A stretch of 64,000 nt of DNA, taken from contig OZ250138.1 in assembly GCA_965237465.1 (NCBI GenBank), forward strand, positions 494,813-558,812, given 5' to 3'. This stretch comes from Dehalococcoidia bacterium (GTDB taxonomy: Bacteria; Chloroflexota; Dehalococcoidia; UBA6926). A model generated the notes under the pieces. It saw only the letters and a list, made by a program, of their open reading frames with translations, made no database searches and had not been told where the DNA came from. A program made the position numbers and the translations under genes. Position 1 is the stretch's first letter. Every line of letters starts with the position of its first letter. This document shows, piece after piece, positions 40,086 through 50,437 of the stretch.

Positions 40086-41369
40086 ATGGGAGCCACCGCA
40101 GTCATTGGAGCACAATGGGGAGATGAGGGAAAAGGCAAGGTTATAGACCTTCTTGCCGAGCGGGCTGACTATGTCGTCCGGTTCTCCGGCGGCAACAACG
40201 CCGGCCACACGGTCATTAACCACCTAGGCGAATTTCGGCTGCATCTGGTCCCCGCCGGCATCTTCAATGCCCAGACGACTTGCGTGATCGGCAACGGCGT
40301 CGCGATTGACCCGGACGTGCTCATTGGCGAGCTGGATGAGCTAGATGAGGCAGGCATCGACACCAGCCGGCTTCTTATCAGCGACCGGGCGCACATCGTC
40401 TTCCCGCACCACAGACTGCTTGACGGACTTGAGGAGAATCGGCTGGATGCGCAAGCGATCGGCACGACGCGCCGCGGCATTGGGCCGGCCTTCACGGACA
40501 AGACGGCGCGGCGCGGCCTGCGCATGGGCGACCTCCTGGACTGGGAGGGCCTCCTCTCAAAGCTGGAGGGCGTGCTTGAGTACGTCAATCTGGTGTTGCA
40601 GGGCGTGTACAACCACGAGCCTATTGCCCTAAATGACGTCTATGAACAGTGTCAACGGTGGACTGACCGACTGGCGGGGGCAATCCACCAGACTGAACTG
40701 ATCATCAACAGAGCGCTCCAGGACCACAAGGAAGTGCTGCTGGAGGGGGCGCAAGGCACGCTTCTGGACCTCGACTTCGGCACGTATCCCTACGTGACGT
40801 CGTCCCACCCCGGCGCCAGCAGCGCCTACCAGGGCGCGGGCATTGGCCCTATCAGGATTGACCGCATCGTCGGGGTGTTCAAGGTGTACTGCACACGCGT
40901 GGGCGGCGGCCCATTGCCGACGGAGCTCAATGACGCGCAGGGCGAGCATATCCGCGAGGTTGCACACGAATACGGAGTCACAACCGGGCGCCCGCGCCGC
41001 ATCGGCTGGTTTGACGTACCCATGGCGCGGCTGTCAAACCTCGTGAACGGCTACACTTCGGTCATTCTCACGCGGCTGGATGTTCTGGACCAACTGCCAT
41101 CCATCAAGATCTGCACCGGCTACAAGTTGGGCAACTCGGTGATCGATTTCCCCCCCAGCGGCTCCGCGGACCTTGCGAATTGCGTCCCTATCTATGAGGA
41201 GCTGCCGGGCTGGCAGGAGCCGACAGGCCAATTCAGACACATTCAGGACTTGCCCGCCAACGCCCGCGCCTACATTGGCCGTCTTGAGGAGCTCATCGGC
41301 GCGCAGGTTAGCATGCTGTCCATCGGCCCGCGGCGCGACGAGAACATCATCGTCCGCGCCGCCCTCTAG
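40086..41369 (+). CDS. purA: Adenylosuccinate synthetase
   Basis: GAQWGDEGKGK P-loop and GNNAGHTV motifs. The ATG at 40086 has a GGAG SD. The track ORF has a spurious 70-aa N-terminal extension. Confidence 0.9.
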   Translation: MGATAVIGAQWGDEGKGKVIDLLAERADYVVRFSGGNNAGHTVINHLGEFRLHLVPAGIFNAQTTCVIGNGVAIDPDVLIGELDELDEAGIDTSRLLISDRAHIVFPHHRLLDGLEENRLDAQAIGTTRRGIGPAFTDKTARRGLRMGDLLDWEGLLSKLEGVLEYVNLVLQGVYNHEPIALNDVYEQCQRWTDRLAGAIHQTELIINRALQDHKEVLLEGAQGTLLDLDFGTYPYVTSSHPGASSAYQGAGIGPIRIDRIVGVFKVYCTRVGGGPLPTELNDAQGEHIREVAHEYGVTTGRPRRIGWFDVPMARLSNLVNGYTSVILTRLDVLDQLPSIKICTGYKLGNSVIDFPPSGSADLANCVPIYEELPGWQEPTGQFRHIQDLPANARAYIGRLEELIGAQVSMLSIGPRRDENIIVRAAL

Positions 41370-42154
41370 TCTCGCTAGATCGCCTCACTTCATAACGCCA
41401 CGACGACTAGCACCCTCATTCACCTCCCCTTCATAGGGGAGGGCCAGGTTGGGGGTCAGGGGCGGCACCTCCATTTCGGTTCGATTTTCCGTTTGATGGC
41501 CATTTCGTTTCGTTTGGTTTCCGTGGGGAACGCTTCGCTGCCTGTTCCGTTTGCGGCTGCTTGTCTGTTGGCGCGCTTTGGCCGGCCTTTTGGGGTGGCG
41601 TGTCAGGACGCGACACGCCGGGAGGTTCCGCTGCGCCCGCTCGACCTCTCCAGGGTTGACCTCCTCTTGTCCGGCACGGCTTGTGACACCGGACGGGTCG
41701 GCCGCTCCGCCTTTCGCCGCATGGCGTCGGGCAGAGCTCGTCCTTCACTCGGCGCGCCGATGGCGCGCCAAGCGGATCGGGACCTCACAAGACGGGTATG
41801 CCACGTCCTCGTCTTGCGGCAGCTCAACGTCGCCACCACTGTGGGTGGACGCCTGCGACGCAGCGATGGTTTTACGCTGTATGCCTCAAGCTGGTTGGCG
41901 CCGGATCGAGGTTTCGGAGCGCGTCCGGGCGTGTCAGATGGGGTCTACGGCCTTTTGCGACCGCATGACCATGGCATGCCAGGAGTGATTTCGGATACAG
42001 GCAGCGAAGCGTTCCTCTTGGGGGAGCGCCCTCCTGTGCACTCCCCGGGATGGTGGTTGGCGGCGGGGATATCGACGTTCCGGGCCGCCGGTGGGATGTC
42101 GATGAGGGGATAGTAGGACATGTGTTTTGTGCGGGTCAAATGGCCGTGGCACAG

Positions 42155-42554
42155 TTTTTCATGTTCGCGATCAAGGTTGTCTGATGGAAGGGAACGGTCC
42201 GCCGCGTTCCGGCGTCGGGGGTTGTTGTGGCATTTGTTGATTTGTGTTGGCGGTGGCACATGGCGGGGGGAATGGGTTCCGGCTTTCGCCGGAATGACGG
42301 AGGGGTGGGATGGCCCCCCGCTTTCACGGGGGAGACGGGTGAGGGCGTGGGGGATTTTCTCGGTTTGCGATCAGGGTTGGCTGATGGACGGGAACGGTTT
42401 GCCGCGTTCCGGCGTCGGCGCCCGCTGATGTGTTTGTGGATTCCTGTTGGCGGTGGCACATGGCGGAGGGAATGGGTTCCGGCTTTCGCCGGAATGACGG
42501 AGGGGACGGGGATGGGCCCCCGCTTTCGCGGGGGAGACGGGAAGGAGAGGCGGG
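42155..42554. repeat. Tandem direct repeat, 2 x about 200 bp (about 85% identity) with a degenerate partial third copy upstream (about 42050-42154), G-rich, non-coding
   Basis: ttggcggtggcacatggcgg starts at 42247 and 42447 (period exactly 200). Each copy contains the perfect hairpin ttccggc-tttc-gccggaa (42277-42294 and 42477-42494) and gaacggt…ccgcgttccggcgtcgg. Confidence 0.6.
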
Positions 42555-42675
42555 GTGACGGGTGAGGAGAGGCGGGGCAAGCCGCATTGGACGAACACGG
42601 TGAGAGCATGCATGCCCACCCGCGCGACCTCGCCCGTGAGGGGGAGGTCATACTAAGGGAAAGAGCGCCCTCGAC

Positions 42676-43584
42676 CTATACGGGCAGGTCAATCTCGTAC
42701 TGCGCGAGGGTTTTCTCTATCTGAGCGCGGGTCGCATCATCAGGCGGCGTCAGGGGCAGGCGCGTTTCGCCAACATCAAAGCCGACCACGTTCAGCATGT
42801 GCTTGACGGGGATAGGATTCGCCACCACAAACAGGGAGTCGATTAGCGGAAGGAGGCGTCGGTGGATTGCCGCAGCTTCCTCTTTGGCGCCATCCAAGTA
42901 GGAGTGGATCTTTCTCTGTATCTGCAGGCCAACGAGGTGCGCCGCGACGCTCACGACCCCATAGCCGCCGACGGCAAGAGTCGGAAGCGTGTCCGAATCA
43001 TTTCCCGACCAGACGTAGAACCCGTCGTTCGCGTTCTCAATGATGTTGGCGATCTGACCGAGGTCGGCGCTGGCCTCCTTGACGCCGACGATGTTGTCGA
43101 CGTGGCTAAGGCGCGTCGTTGTTGCGGCAGTCATATTTTGCGCAGTCCGACTCGGAACGTTGTAGAGGAGGCCGGGAATGCTGATGGCCTCCGCGATTGC
43201 GACAAAGTGGCGATAGAGGGATTCCTGCGGGGGTCTGTTGTAATAGGGGACAGTCATAAGGATGCCATGCGCGCCGAGGTTCTCCGCCTCACGCGATAGC
43301 TCAATGCTCTCCGCCGTGTTGTACGTGGTTGCGCCAGCTATGACCTGCGCCCCGTTGGCATTGGCAACCTCAAGCACGGCGGAATAGAGGCGCAGTTTCT
43401 CCTCATTCGAGAGAGTTGGTCCCTCGCCGGTTGTGCCCGTAACGACGACACCCTCGGTTCCGGAGTCAAAGAGGGCCTTGGCCAGTTTCCTGGCCTGTCC
43501 ATAGTCGACCGCGCCCTCGCTATCGAAGGGCGTGACCATTGCCGTGAGGAGGCGCCCAAAAGGCGCGCCGTCGCCGTCTCTCAT
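42676..43584 (-). CDS. dapA: 4-hydroxy-tetrahydrodipicolinate synthase
   Basis: LTAMVTPF…, GTTGEG, and the Schiff-base lysine region are typical of DapA. Confidence 0.9.
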   Translation of the reverse strand: MRDGDGAPFGRLLTAMVTPFDSEGAVDYGQARKLAKALFDSGTEGVVVTGTTGEGPTLSNEEKLRLYSAVLEVANANGAQVIAGATTYNTAESIELSREAENLGAHGILMTVPYYNRPPQESLYRHFVAIAEAISIPGLLYNVPSRTAQNMTAATTTRLSHVDNIVGVKEASADLGQIANIIENANDGFYVWSGNDSDTLPTLAVGGYGVVSVAAHLVGLQIQRKIHSYLDGAKEEAAAIHRRLLPLIDSLFVVANPIPVKHMLNVVGFDVGETRLPLTPPDDATRAQIEKTLAQYEIDLPV

Positions 43585-43626
43585 GTCTGCCCCCTGTCCC
43601 CCGATGCGGTTCCTAAGTCCTTTTCG

Positions 43627-44418
43627 TCAGTATGTCCTACCGGCCGGTCGTGGCCCAAAGATTGCCGTGCCCAGCCGGACTATTGTCGCCCCTTCCCGGA
43701 TGGCAACATGGTAATCAATAGTCATTCCCATGGAGAGATGCGTCAACTGTGCAGTGGGAATGTGGTCATTGATCGCATCGCGCAGCTCGCGCAAGCGTCG
43801 GAAGACCGGCCGCGTCGCCTCCGGGTCCTCCGCCGCCGGGGCGACGGTCATAAGGCCAACAACGTTCAGCCGGGGCAGCTCCAAAACCCGTCGCACGCTT
43901 TCAAGGAATCCAGTGAGCTGCTTGCTGTCGGTTTCCACGCCCAACTTGAATCCGCCGCGCTCAGGGGAGCCAGTGAAGTCCACCTCCAGCAGCGCTTCAA
44001 CGGGAGAGCGGTCCATCTCCCCTGCCCGTCTGTCTATCGTCTCAGCAAGGCGCACGGAATCCACAGTGTCAACGCAGTCGAACATCCCTAGGGCCTCGCG
44101 CGTCTTGTTGCGTTGCAGGTGACCAATCATTCGCCACGTGGGTTTTGGCAAGGCTGTCTCGGCGACTAGCTCAGCGACCGCTTCAATCTTCGGCGCGGCC
44201 TCTTGAACCCAGTTCTCGCCCAGCTGAGTCACGCCATTCCGAATCGCCTCCAGAACGATGTCCGGCGGGACGGCCTTGGACGCTCCCTGAAGCTGTATCT
44301 CATCGGCGGTGCGACCCGCTTGCGCGGCGATTTCAGCAATGCGCGCTTGCAGGCCCGCGATGTTCTCGCGGACCATCGCCGCTCGGTCCAGCGTTGCAGT
44401 TCTTTCGTTGGGCTGCAT
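43627..44418 (-). CDS. yggS: YggS-family pyridoxal phosphate homeostasis protein
   Basis: A single-domain alanine racemase N-terminal-like TIM barrel (…ASKAV…, GENWVQE), about 260 aa. Confidence 0.85.
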   Translation of the reverse strand: MQPNERTATLDRAAMVRENIAGLQARIAEIAAQAGRTADEIQLQGASKAVPPDIVLEAIRNGVTQLGENWVQEAAPKIEAVAELVAETALPKPTWRMIGHLQRNKTREALGMFDCVDTVDSVRLAETIDRRAGEMDRSPVEALLEVDFTGSPERGGFKLGVETDSKQLTGFLESVRRVLELPRLNVVGLMTVAPAAEDPEATRPVFRRLRELRDAINDHIPTAQLTHLSMGMTIDYHVAIREGATIVRLGTAIFGPRPAGRTY

Positions 44419-44422
44419 AGCG

Positions 44423-45457
44423 CTATCGAACAGACGTCGCCGCAGCCGTTGTCAGGAGCTCGGCAATCTGAACAGTGTTCGTCGCGGCTCCCTTGCGGAT
44501 GTTGTCCGAGACGACCCAAAGAGACAGGCCATTGTCGAACGCCGTGTCCTTGCGGATTCTGCCGACGAAGACCTCATCCCTGCCTTGCGCATCGATGGCC
44601 ATCGGGTATGCGGAGACGGTCGGGTCATCGGTTACAACGACGCCGGGCGCGCCGCCAAGAATCTCCCGAGCCTCCCCCGGAGTCATCGGGCGCGTGAACT
44701 CGACGTGGACGGCCTCTGAATGGGCATAGGCGACGGGGATGCGGACGCAGGTAGCGGAGACGGCGATATCCGGCGCGTGCATGATCTTCTGCGTCTCCCG
44801 AACCATCTTGATCTCTTCTTTAGTGAAACCGTCCTCTTCAAAGGCATCTATCTGCGGGAGCGCGTTGAACGCTATTTGATGGGGGAATGCTTGCGGGTCT
44901 ATGTCGGCGCCCGCCAGCGCGTCTCGCGACTGCGCCAACATCTCCTCCAGTGCTCGCCCGCCAGCGCCGGACGCGGATTGATACGTATCGACAATGATTC
45001 GCTTGATTGGGTTTTCACGGTGCAGCGGCCAGAGCGCTACAACCATCTGAATGGTCGAGCAATTGGGGTTGGCGATGATGCCCTGGTGCCGGAGAGCGTC
45101 GTCCGGGTTGACCTCCGGCACAACGAGGGGCACGTCGGGCTCCATACGCCACGCCGACGAGTTGTCCACGACGACCGCGCCGCGCCTGGCCGCCTCAGGC
45201 GCCAGTTGCTTGCTGACGCCGCCTCCGGCGGAAAACAGCGCGACGTCTATGCCCTCAAACGCCTCCGGGGTCGCCTCAATGACCTCTAATTCCTGGCCGA
45301 AGGCGGTTACACGCGAGCCCGCGGAGCGGGACGACGCCATGAGGGTCAGCGACTCCATGGGAAAGTCTCTCTCCTGGAGAACGTCAATAAACGTGCTTCC
45401 CACCAGGCCCGTTGCGCCCACTATGGCGACTCTCGGACGACCGCCCTTCGTCATCAT
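44423..45457 (-). CDS. asd: Aspartate-semialdehyde dehydrogenase
   Basis: VAIVGATGLVG Rossmann motif and the active-site Cys region (NPNCSTIQ). Confidence 0.9.
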   Translation of the reverse strand: MMTKGGRPRVAIVGATGLVGSTFIDVLQERDFPMESLTLMASSRSAGSRVTAFGQELEVIEATPEAFEGIDVALFSAGGGVSKQLAPEAARRGAVVVDNSSAWRMEPDVPLVVPEVNPDDALRHQGIIANPNCSTIQMVVALWPLHRENPIKRIIVDTYQSASGAGGRALEEMLAQSRDALAGADIDPQAFPHQIAFNALPQIDAFEEDGFTKEEIKMVRETQKIMHAPDIAVSATCVRIPVAYAHSEAVHVEFTRPMTPGEAREILGGAPGVVVTDDPTVSAYPMAIDAQGRDEVFVGRIRKDTAFDNGLSLWVVSDNIRKGAATNTVQIAELLTTAAATSVR

Positions 45458-46276
45458 TTATTCTCCCTCAAGCCCAAGCAGCGCGCCGAGGCCGTATGTA
45501 AGGCCCGGGCGGCCCGGTGTTTCACGTATCGCCAACAGTACGCCGGGCATATAGCTTTCTCGATCAATCACGTCATGGCGAAGCGTCAGTGTTTCGCCCG
45601 GTCCCCCAAGGAGGACTTGTTGGTGGGCCATGAGGCCCGGCATTCGGACGGAGTGAATCGCCACGCCGCCCACGTCGCCGCCACGCGATCCCTCAATATG
45701 CTGCACCTGCGCAGTGTTGTGCGAAAACTCCCTGCCGTCCCGGCTCCTCAGCATCGCTCGCGCCGTTGCCAGCGCGCTGCCGGAAGGAGCGTCCACCTTG
45801 CCTGCGTGGTGCATCTCAATGATCTCCGCATAGTCAAAATGACGCCCTGCCCGCGCGACGACATTCTCAAGGATGACCGCGCCCAGGCTGAAATTGGGAC
45901 CAACCATGATTCCAATGCTAGCGTTTGCAGCGATGCTGTCCAGCCTCTTCAATTCGTCATCAGAGATTCCGCTTGTCCCCGTTACGAGGTGCGCCTTGCG
46001 GTTGGCCGTCGCTTCGGCCAGCGGCATGACCGCTTCTCTATTCGAAAAATCTACGACGACGCCCGCGTTCACATCCGACAAGAGCGCATCAAAGCTGCTT
46101 ATCTCGCGTTGATTGGGATCAGATTCGGGATCAAGAACGTAGCTGCCCTTGCGACTGGAAGTCCCGACAACGTCCATGTCAGGCGCCGCCTGAATGGCCT
46201 GCATAAGGACGCGGCCCACCCGGCCCGTTGAGCCGTGAACGACGATGCGCAGCGGTTCTTCCGAGTTGCGCGCCAT
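45458..46276 (-). CDS. dapB: 4-hydroxy-tetrahydrodipicolinate reductase
   Basis: VVHGSTGRVGR and the DapB C-terminal domain. The ATG is adjacent to the asd stop (operon). Confidence 0.9.
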   Translation of the reverse strand: MARNSEEPLRIVVHGSTGRVGRVLMQAIQAAPDMDVVGTSSRKGSYVLDPESDPNQREISSFDALLSDVNAGVVVDFSNREAVMPLAEATANRKAHLVTGTSGISDDELKRLDSIAANASIGIMVGPNFSLGAVILENVVARAGRHFDYAEIIEMHHAGKVDAPSGSALATARAMLRSRDGREFSHNTAQVQHIEGSRGGDVGGVAIHSVRMPGLMAHQQVLLGGPGETLTLRHDVIDRESYMPGVLLAIRETPGRPGLTYGLGALLGLEGE

Positions 46277-46334
46277 GTCGTAATGCGCCTTTCGTCCTGT
46301 GTGAGGGCGTTAGCGGCCTGGGGACGCGCCTGCG

Positions 46335-48593
46335 TTATGTAGCCGGACGACGCGGCGGTGGCCGATCGCCGTCAGGCCGTCGTCGGGGCGGCCTGCCGTT
46401 GCCCGTGGGTCGAGGCCCGCGATCGCCACCCGGCCTCGGTCGCGGGCCGCCGCGATCCATCCTGGAAGCCTCGAACGATGGGCGGGCATCGTCACCGTCA
46501 CCGCCATTCGCGTCGTCGCCATCTGTTTCCAGAAGAGCGCGGCGTGAGAGGCGGACACGGCCGGTTGGGTCGATATCGGTCACCAGAACCTCGACCTCAT
46601 CCCCTACCTTGACCTCATCCTCAACGCTTGCAACACGGTAGTTGGCGAGCTCGGAAATGTGCACCATGCCGTCGCGGCCCGGAGCAAGCTCGACAAAGGC
46701 GCCAAAGTCTGTTGTGCGCACAACCTTGCCTGAGAACTTCTCGCCAACGCTGATTTCCTTTGTGAGTCGCTCAATCATTCCGATTGCCTTGGCTGCGACG
46801 TCGCCGTCGGACGCTCCCACAAAGACAGTGCCATCGTTTTCTACATCAACGGTCGCGCCGGTGGCCTCCACAATGCCGCGGATTGTCTTGCCGCCAGGGC
46901 CGATGAGGGCTCCGATGCGCTCCGGATTGATCTGAATACGCGTCATACGCGGCGCAAACGGGCTCAGCTCAGTTCTGGCGGCGGCTATCGTCGCGCTCAT
47001 GTGGGCGAGAATCTCCAGCCGGGCGACTTTCGCCTGATCAAGGGCTTTCTCAAGGATCTCGTCTGTGACGCCAGTGAGTTTGATGTCCATCTGCAGGGCC
47101 GTGACGCCCTCGGCAGTACCGGCCACCTTGAAGTCCATATCTCCAAGGTGGTCTTCCAGACCCTGAATGTCAGTGAGCACGGCATAGTCGCCGGTCTTGT
47201 CCGTAACGAGTCCCATTGCGATGCCAGCAACCGGCGCCTTGATTGGCACGCCTGCGTCCATGAGAGAGAGCGTGCTTGAGCAGACGCTCGCCATTGACGT
47301 GCTGCCATTGGAGCCGAGAACATCCGACACGAGCCGGATTGTGTATGGGAAATCCAATTCGGTTGGAATAACAGGAATGAGCGCCCGCTCCGCCAACGCG
47401 CCGTGGCCGATTTCCCGGCGTCCCGGCGTACCGACTCTGCGGGCCTCCCCGACGGAATACGGCGGGAAGTTGTAGTGGTGCATGTAGCGCTTGGTCTCGA
47501 TGGGAAGGAGCGTGTCCAGCCTCTGGGCGTCCGCAAGTGGTCCCAGCGTCGCAACGTTAAGCACCTGTGTTTCGCCGCGCTGGAACAGGGCTGAGCCATG
47601 GGCCCGCGGCAGAACGCTCACGCGGCTTGATAGTGGGCGGATCTGCGTGTGCGTCCGTCCATCCGGCCTCTGACCGCCAAGAATGCTGGATCGCACTGCG
47701 TTCGTTTGAATTTCCTCAAAGGCCTCTGAGATAGCCTTGGCGGTTTGCTCTTTGCCCAGCTGCTCAAGAGCCTCGTCTAGCAGAGCCTGCGTGGCTTCAT
47801 TCCGTTCGTCCTTGCCCAGGCTGCCAACTAACGAGGCCAGGCGACTGCCGACCAGGGCTTCCACGGAAGCCAAAAGGTCTGCGTCAACCTCAACATCTTC
47901 AATCGTCAGTTTGGGCTTGCCAACGAGGCGCTGCAGTTCATTCTGCATGTCAATGACGATGCGGTTGGTTTCTTGTCCGGCCGCTAGACCCTGCCGCAGG
48001 ACGCTCTCATCAACCTCATTGGCGCCGGCCTCCACCATGACGATGGCGTCGCCGGAGCCGCATACAACGAGGTCAAGATCGCTTGACTCGGCCTCTTTGT
48101 ATGTGGGGTTGATTGCAATCTGGCCGTTCGTATAGCCAACGTGGCAGCCGCTTACGGGACCTCTGAATGGAATCTCAGAGATAGTTAAGGCAGCTGAGGC
48201 TCCGATGACGCCCAGCGTATCGAGCGCGTGCTGCTGATCCGTGGAGATTACGGTGAGGATGACTTGAACCTCATGCCTGAGGTCCTTGGGAAAGAGCGGG
48301 CGGATGGTGCGGTCTGTTATGCGCCCGGCCAGGATGGCTTCTGTTCCGGGTCTACCCTCCCGCCGGAAGAAGCTGCCCGGTATTTTGCCCATGGCATAGT
48401 GCCGCTCTTCCATGTCTACGGTGAGCGGCAGGAAATCAATGCCCTCACGGGGCTTGTCCGCTATTACCGCGGTGGCAAGGATGATGGTGTCGCCGTATCG
48501 GACGGTGACCGCGCCGCTTGCCTGTTGGGCTAACTCGCCCGTTTCAATGGTCAGCGTGTGACCTGCGAGCTCACGCTCGACTTGATGAATCAT
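46335..48593 (-). CDS. pnp: Polyribonucleotide nucleotidyltransferase (PNPase) with Arg/Pro/Gly-rich C-terminal tail
   Basis: Two RNase PH domains plus KH and S1, then a tail of about 70 aa: …[56 protein letters not shown]. Confidence 0.95.
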   Translation of the reverse strand: MIHQVERELAGHTLTIETGELAQQASGAVTVRYGDTIILATAVIADKPREGIDFLPLTVDMEERHYAMGKIPGSFFRREGRPGTEAILAGRITDRTIRPLFPKDLRHEVQVILTVISTDQQHALDTLGVIGASAALTISEIPFRGPVSGCHVGYTNGQIAINPTYKEAESSDLDLVVCGSGDAIVMVEAGANEVDESVLRQGLAAGQETNRIVIDMQNELQRLVGKPKLTIEDVEVDADLLASVEALVGSRLASLVGSLGKDERNEATQALLDEALEQLGKEQTAKAISEAFEEIQTNAVRSSILGGQRPDGRTHTQIRPLSSRVSVLPRAHGSALFQRGETQVLNVATLGPLADAQRLDTLLPIETKRYMHHYNFPPYSVGEARRVGTPGRREIGHGALAERALIPVIPTELDFPYTIRLVSDVLGSNGSTSMASVCSSTLSLMDAGVPIKAPVAGIAMGLVTDKTGDYAVLTDIQGLEDHLGDMDFKVAGTAEGVTALQMDIKLTGVTDEILEKALDQAKVARLEILAHMSATIAAARTELSPFAPRMTRIQINPERIGALIGPGGKTIRGIVEATGATVDVENDGTVFVGASDGDVAAKAIGMIERLTKEISVGEKFSGKVVRTTDFGAFVELAPGRDGMVHISELANYRVASVEDEVKVGDEVEVLVTDIDPTGRVRLSRRALLETDGDDANGGDGDDARPSFEASRMDRGGPRPRPGGDRGPRPTGNGRPPRRRPDGDRPPPRRPAT

Positions 48594-48645
48594 GCCGTAT
48601 TACTCTCCCGCGCCTGTGCGCCGGAGGACGGCGGAGCCGCATCGA

Positions 48646-48909
48646 CTATCTGCGAAGGCCAAGCGATGCGATGAGCGAATGGTAACGCCCAACGTCTTTG
48701 TCGCGCAGGTAACGGAGCAGCCGCCTACGCTGACCAACCAGCATCAGTAGGCCTCTCCGTGTCGAATGATCGTGGCGGTGGTCCCGCAAATGTCCTGTCA
48801 GGTCGCTAATGCGCCTCGTCAGGACTGCGACTTGAACTTGCGTTGAACCGGTGTCCGTCGGGTGTCCCCGATATTCTTCAATAATTTGGGACTTGGTCTG
48901 CCGGTCCAA
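48646..48909 (-). CDS. rpsO: 30S ribosomal protein S15
   Basis: S15 signature (…[27 protein letters not shown]…). TTG start with SD ggaggt. Classic rpsO-pnp arrangement. Confidence 0.9.
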   Translation of the reverse strand: MDRQTKSQIIEEYRGHPTDTGSTQVQVAVLTRRISDLTGHLRDHRHDHSTRRGLLMLVGQRRRLLRYLRDKDVGRYHSLIASLGLRR

Positions 48910-49019
48910 CCTACCTCCGCCGACGGCTGTCGCCGTTCCTCTGTCTTCGTTATCCGTGTCTCAATTGACTATACCACATACCCTAACGCTCAACCCAAAG
49001 GGCCGCCTTTAAGGCAGAC

Positions 49020-49046
49020 GGGCCTGACGCCATAAGCGTCAGGCCC
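49020..49046. terminator. Perfect 11-bp-stem hairpin between grdB stop and rpsO promoter region
   Basis: gggcctgacgc-cataa-gcgtcaggccc. There is a T-rich run on the plus strand and an A-rich run before it on the minus strand. It probably separates the grdEB unit from rpsO-pnp. Confidence 0.4.
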
Positions 49047-49102
49047 ATCCGTTTTCTGAACGATGACCGCTGCGCAGGCTCGCTGCGCTGTTCCAGAGAA
49101 GT

Positions 49103-50386
49103 CTAGCTTCCCGCCTCAGCTGTGAGCGCCGCCAACGCCTGCTGAACGATGCCGCGCCGCAGCGCCTTTTCATCATCAGCACCAAGCGCCGCATCTCCAA
49201 GCGGATAGACGATTCCCTGGCCCTGCACCACTCGGTTGGTTCCAACCATCTTGGCGACCGGCGTGACCGCTGTGATCTGCGCCACAGGAATTCCCGCACG
49301 CTCCAACTCCGTCGCTATCGCAGCTCCGCTGCGAGTGCTGGTGCCTCAAGTGGAAGTCAGTATGACGGCGTCTACCCCGGCGCTCTTGAGCGACTCCGCA
49401 ATCTCTCGTCCAATACGCCGACTATTGGCTATGGGATTCGCCAGTCCTGTCATTGACAGGAAACTCTCATAAACCTTGCCGACTTCGCCCGCCTTTTCCA
49501 GCTCACGCAGGACGTCAACGGGCACGAGGCGATCAGGGTCGCTGAGGACGTGGCGATTGTCATAGCCGCGGTGGAAGATCTCGTAGTCCCCACCCTTCAG
49601 GTCGTCCACTGCGGCGATGTCGTACGAACCCCAGATTGTAGAGGCGATCGCCGGCATTCCGTCCGGATTGCCTGTCGGCACCAGGCCTCCGTCCGTGACG
49701 ATCGCGACGGTTGCGTTGGAGAGGTCCATCACCGGCGCAGGCGCTGGGACAGGCTCAAAGCCGGTCTGCGTCAATTCCGTCTCGTACGGCTGTCCGGTGG
49801 ACTTGGCGAGGATGATGTTGACGAGACGAACCGCCGCCCGCTCCTCAACAATCTCATCCTTCAGGATTCCCTGAGGGATGTAGTGCATGTCAGCCGGGCG
49901 GCCCATGTCTTCGTTCGCGGCGAGCTTCCTGGCAATGGCCGCCATATTGGCCATGATGTCGCGCATGTCGCTAACGTTGTCGCCGGAATCTACGATGTAG
50001 AGCTCCTGGCGATAAAGATCCACACCTGGATTCTCTTCGCCCATGCCGGTGACGACGGGGATGCCAAGCTCCGCTTGAACCGCTGCGCACAGCGCTCCCG
50101 CCGCGACACCATAGCGCCCCGCCACAAAGCAGGGCCCCGCGACGAACAGTTCCGCTTCGGATTCCTTCACTTGTGTGACGACGAGGTCAATGAGCTCCTC
50201 AAGATTCTCGGCGCCGTAGTTGTCGCCGCAAATGATTGTCTTGACCACGGTTGAGCCGTCACCAAGAACCTGCTCAAGGAGTCGGCCGGGACCAACGGCG
50301 CCGTCCCGGACCTCCGGCGCAGTGCCGGCGATCTCCTCTCCGCCAACGCCGCCAAAGAACTGGTTCAGATAATGTATGACACGCAT
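49103..50386 (-). CDS. grdB: Glycine/sarcosine/betaine reductase selenoprotein B (GrdB family), with in-frame UGA selenocysteine codon at 49348-49346
   Basis: Track ORFs 49346..50386 and 49103..49306 are in the same frame, separated only by TGA. The joined sequence reads …SAGVDAVILTST-U-GTSTRSGAAIATELERAGIPVAQITAVTPVAKMVGTNRV…, which matches the GrdB …ILTSTUG… context. A bSECIS-like hairpin (tcgcagc-gga-gctgcga) starts about 12 nt after the UGA. Confidence 0.8.
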
Positions 50387-50437
50387 AGCGGGCCCTCCCT
50401 CCCTTTCGTTGCTCTCAAAACCTGACGATTATTGAGT

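Noticed and set aside
41493-42113. 206-aa plus ORF (and several others, e.g. 41551..41988, 41945..42259-, 42136..42651-, 42227..42565+) in the purA-dapA spacer
   Set aside because: All are Arg/Gly/Pro-rich and mutually overlapping in different frames. They have no SD or homology, and the 42.2-42.6 kb ones are simply translations of the tandem repeat. I treated the region as non-coding.
41370-42675. tmRNA, SRP RNA, 6S RNA or a second RNase P RNA in the 1.3-kb spacer
   Set aside because: I looked for the conserved tmRNA ends and the tag ORF ending, the SRP domain IV motif, and RNase P P4 blocks on both strands. None are present.
48594-48645. Possible autoregulatory hairpin in the rpsO-pnp intergenic region
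   Set aside because: Only imperfect GC-rich pairing could be drawn by eye. There is not enough support to call an RNase III or attenuator structure without folding software.
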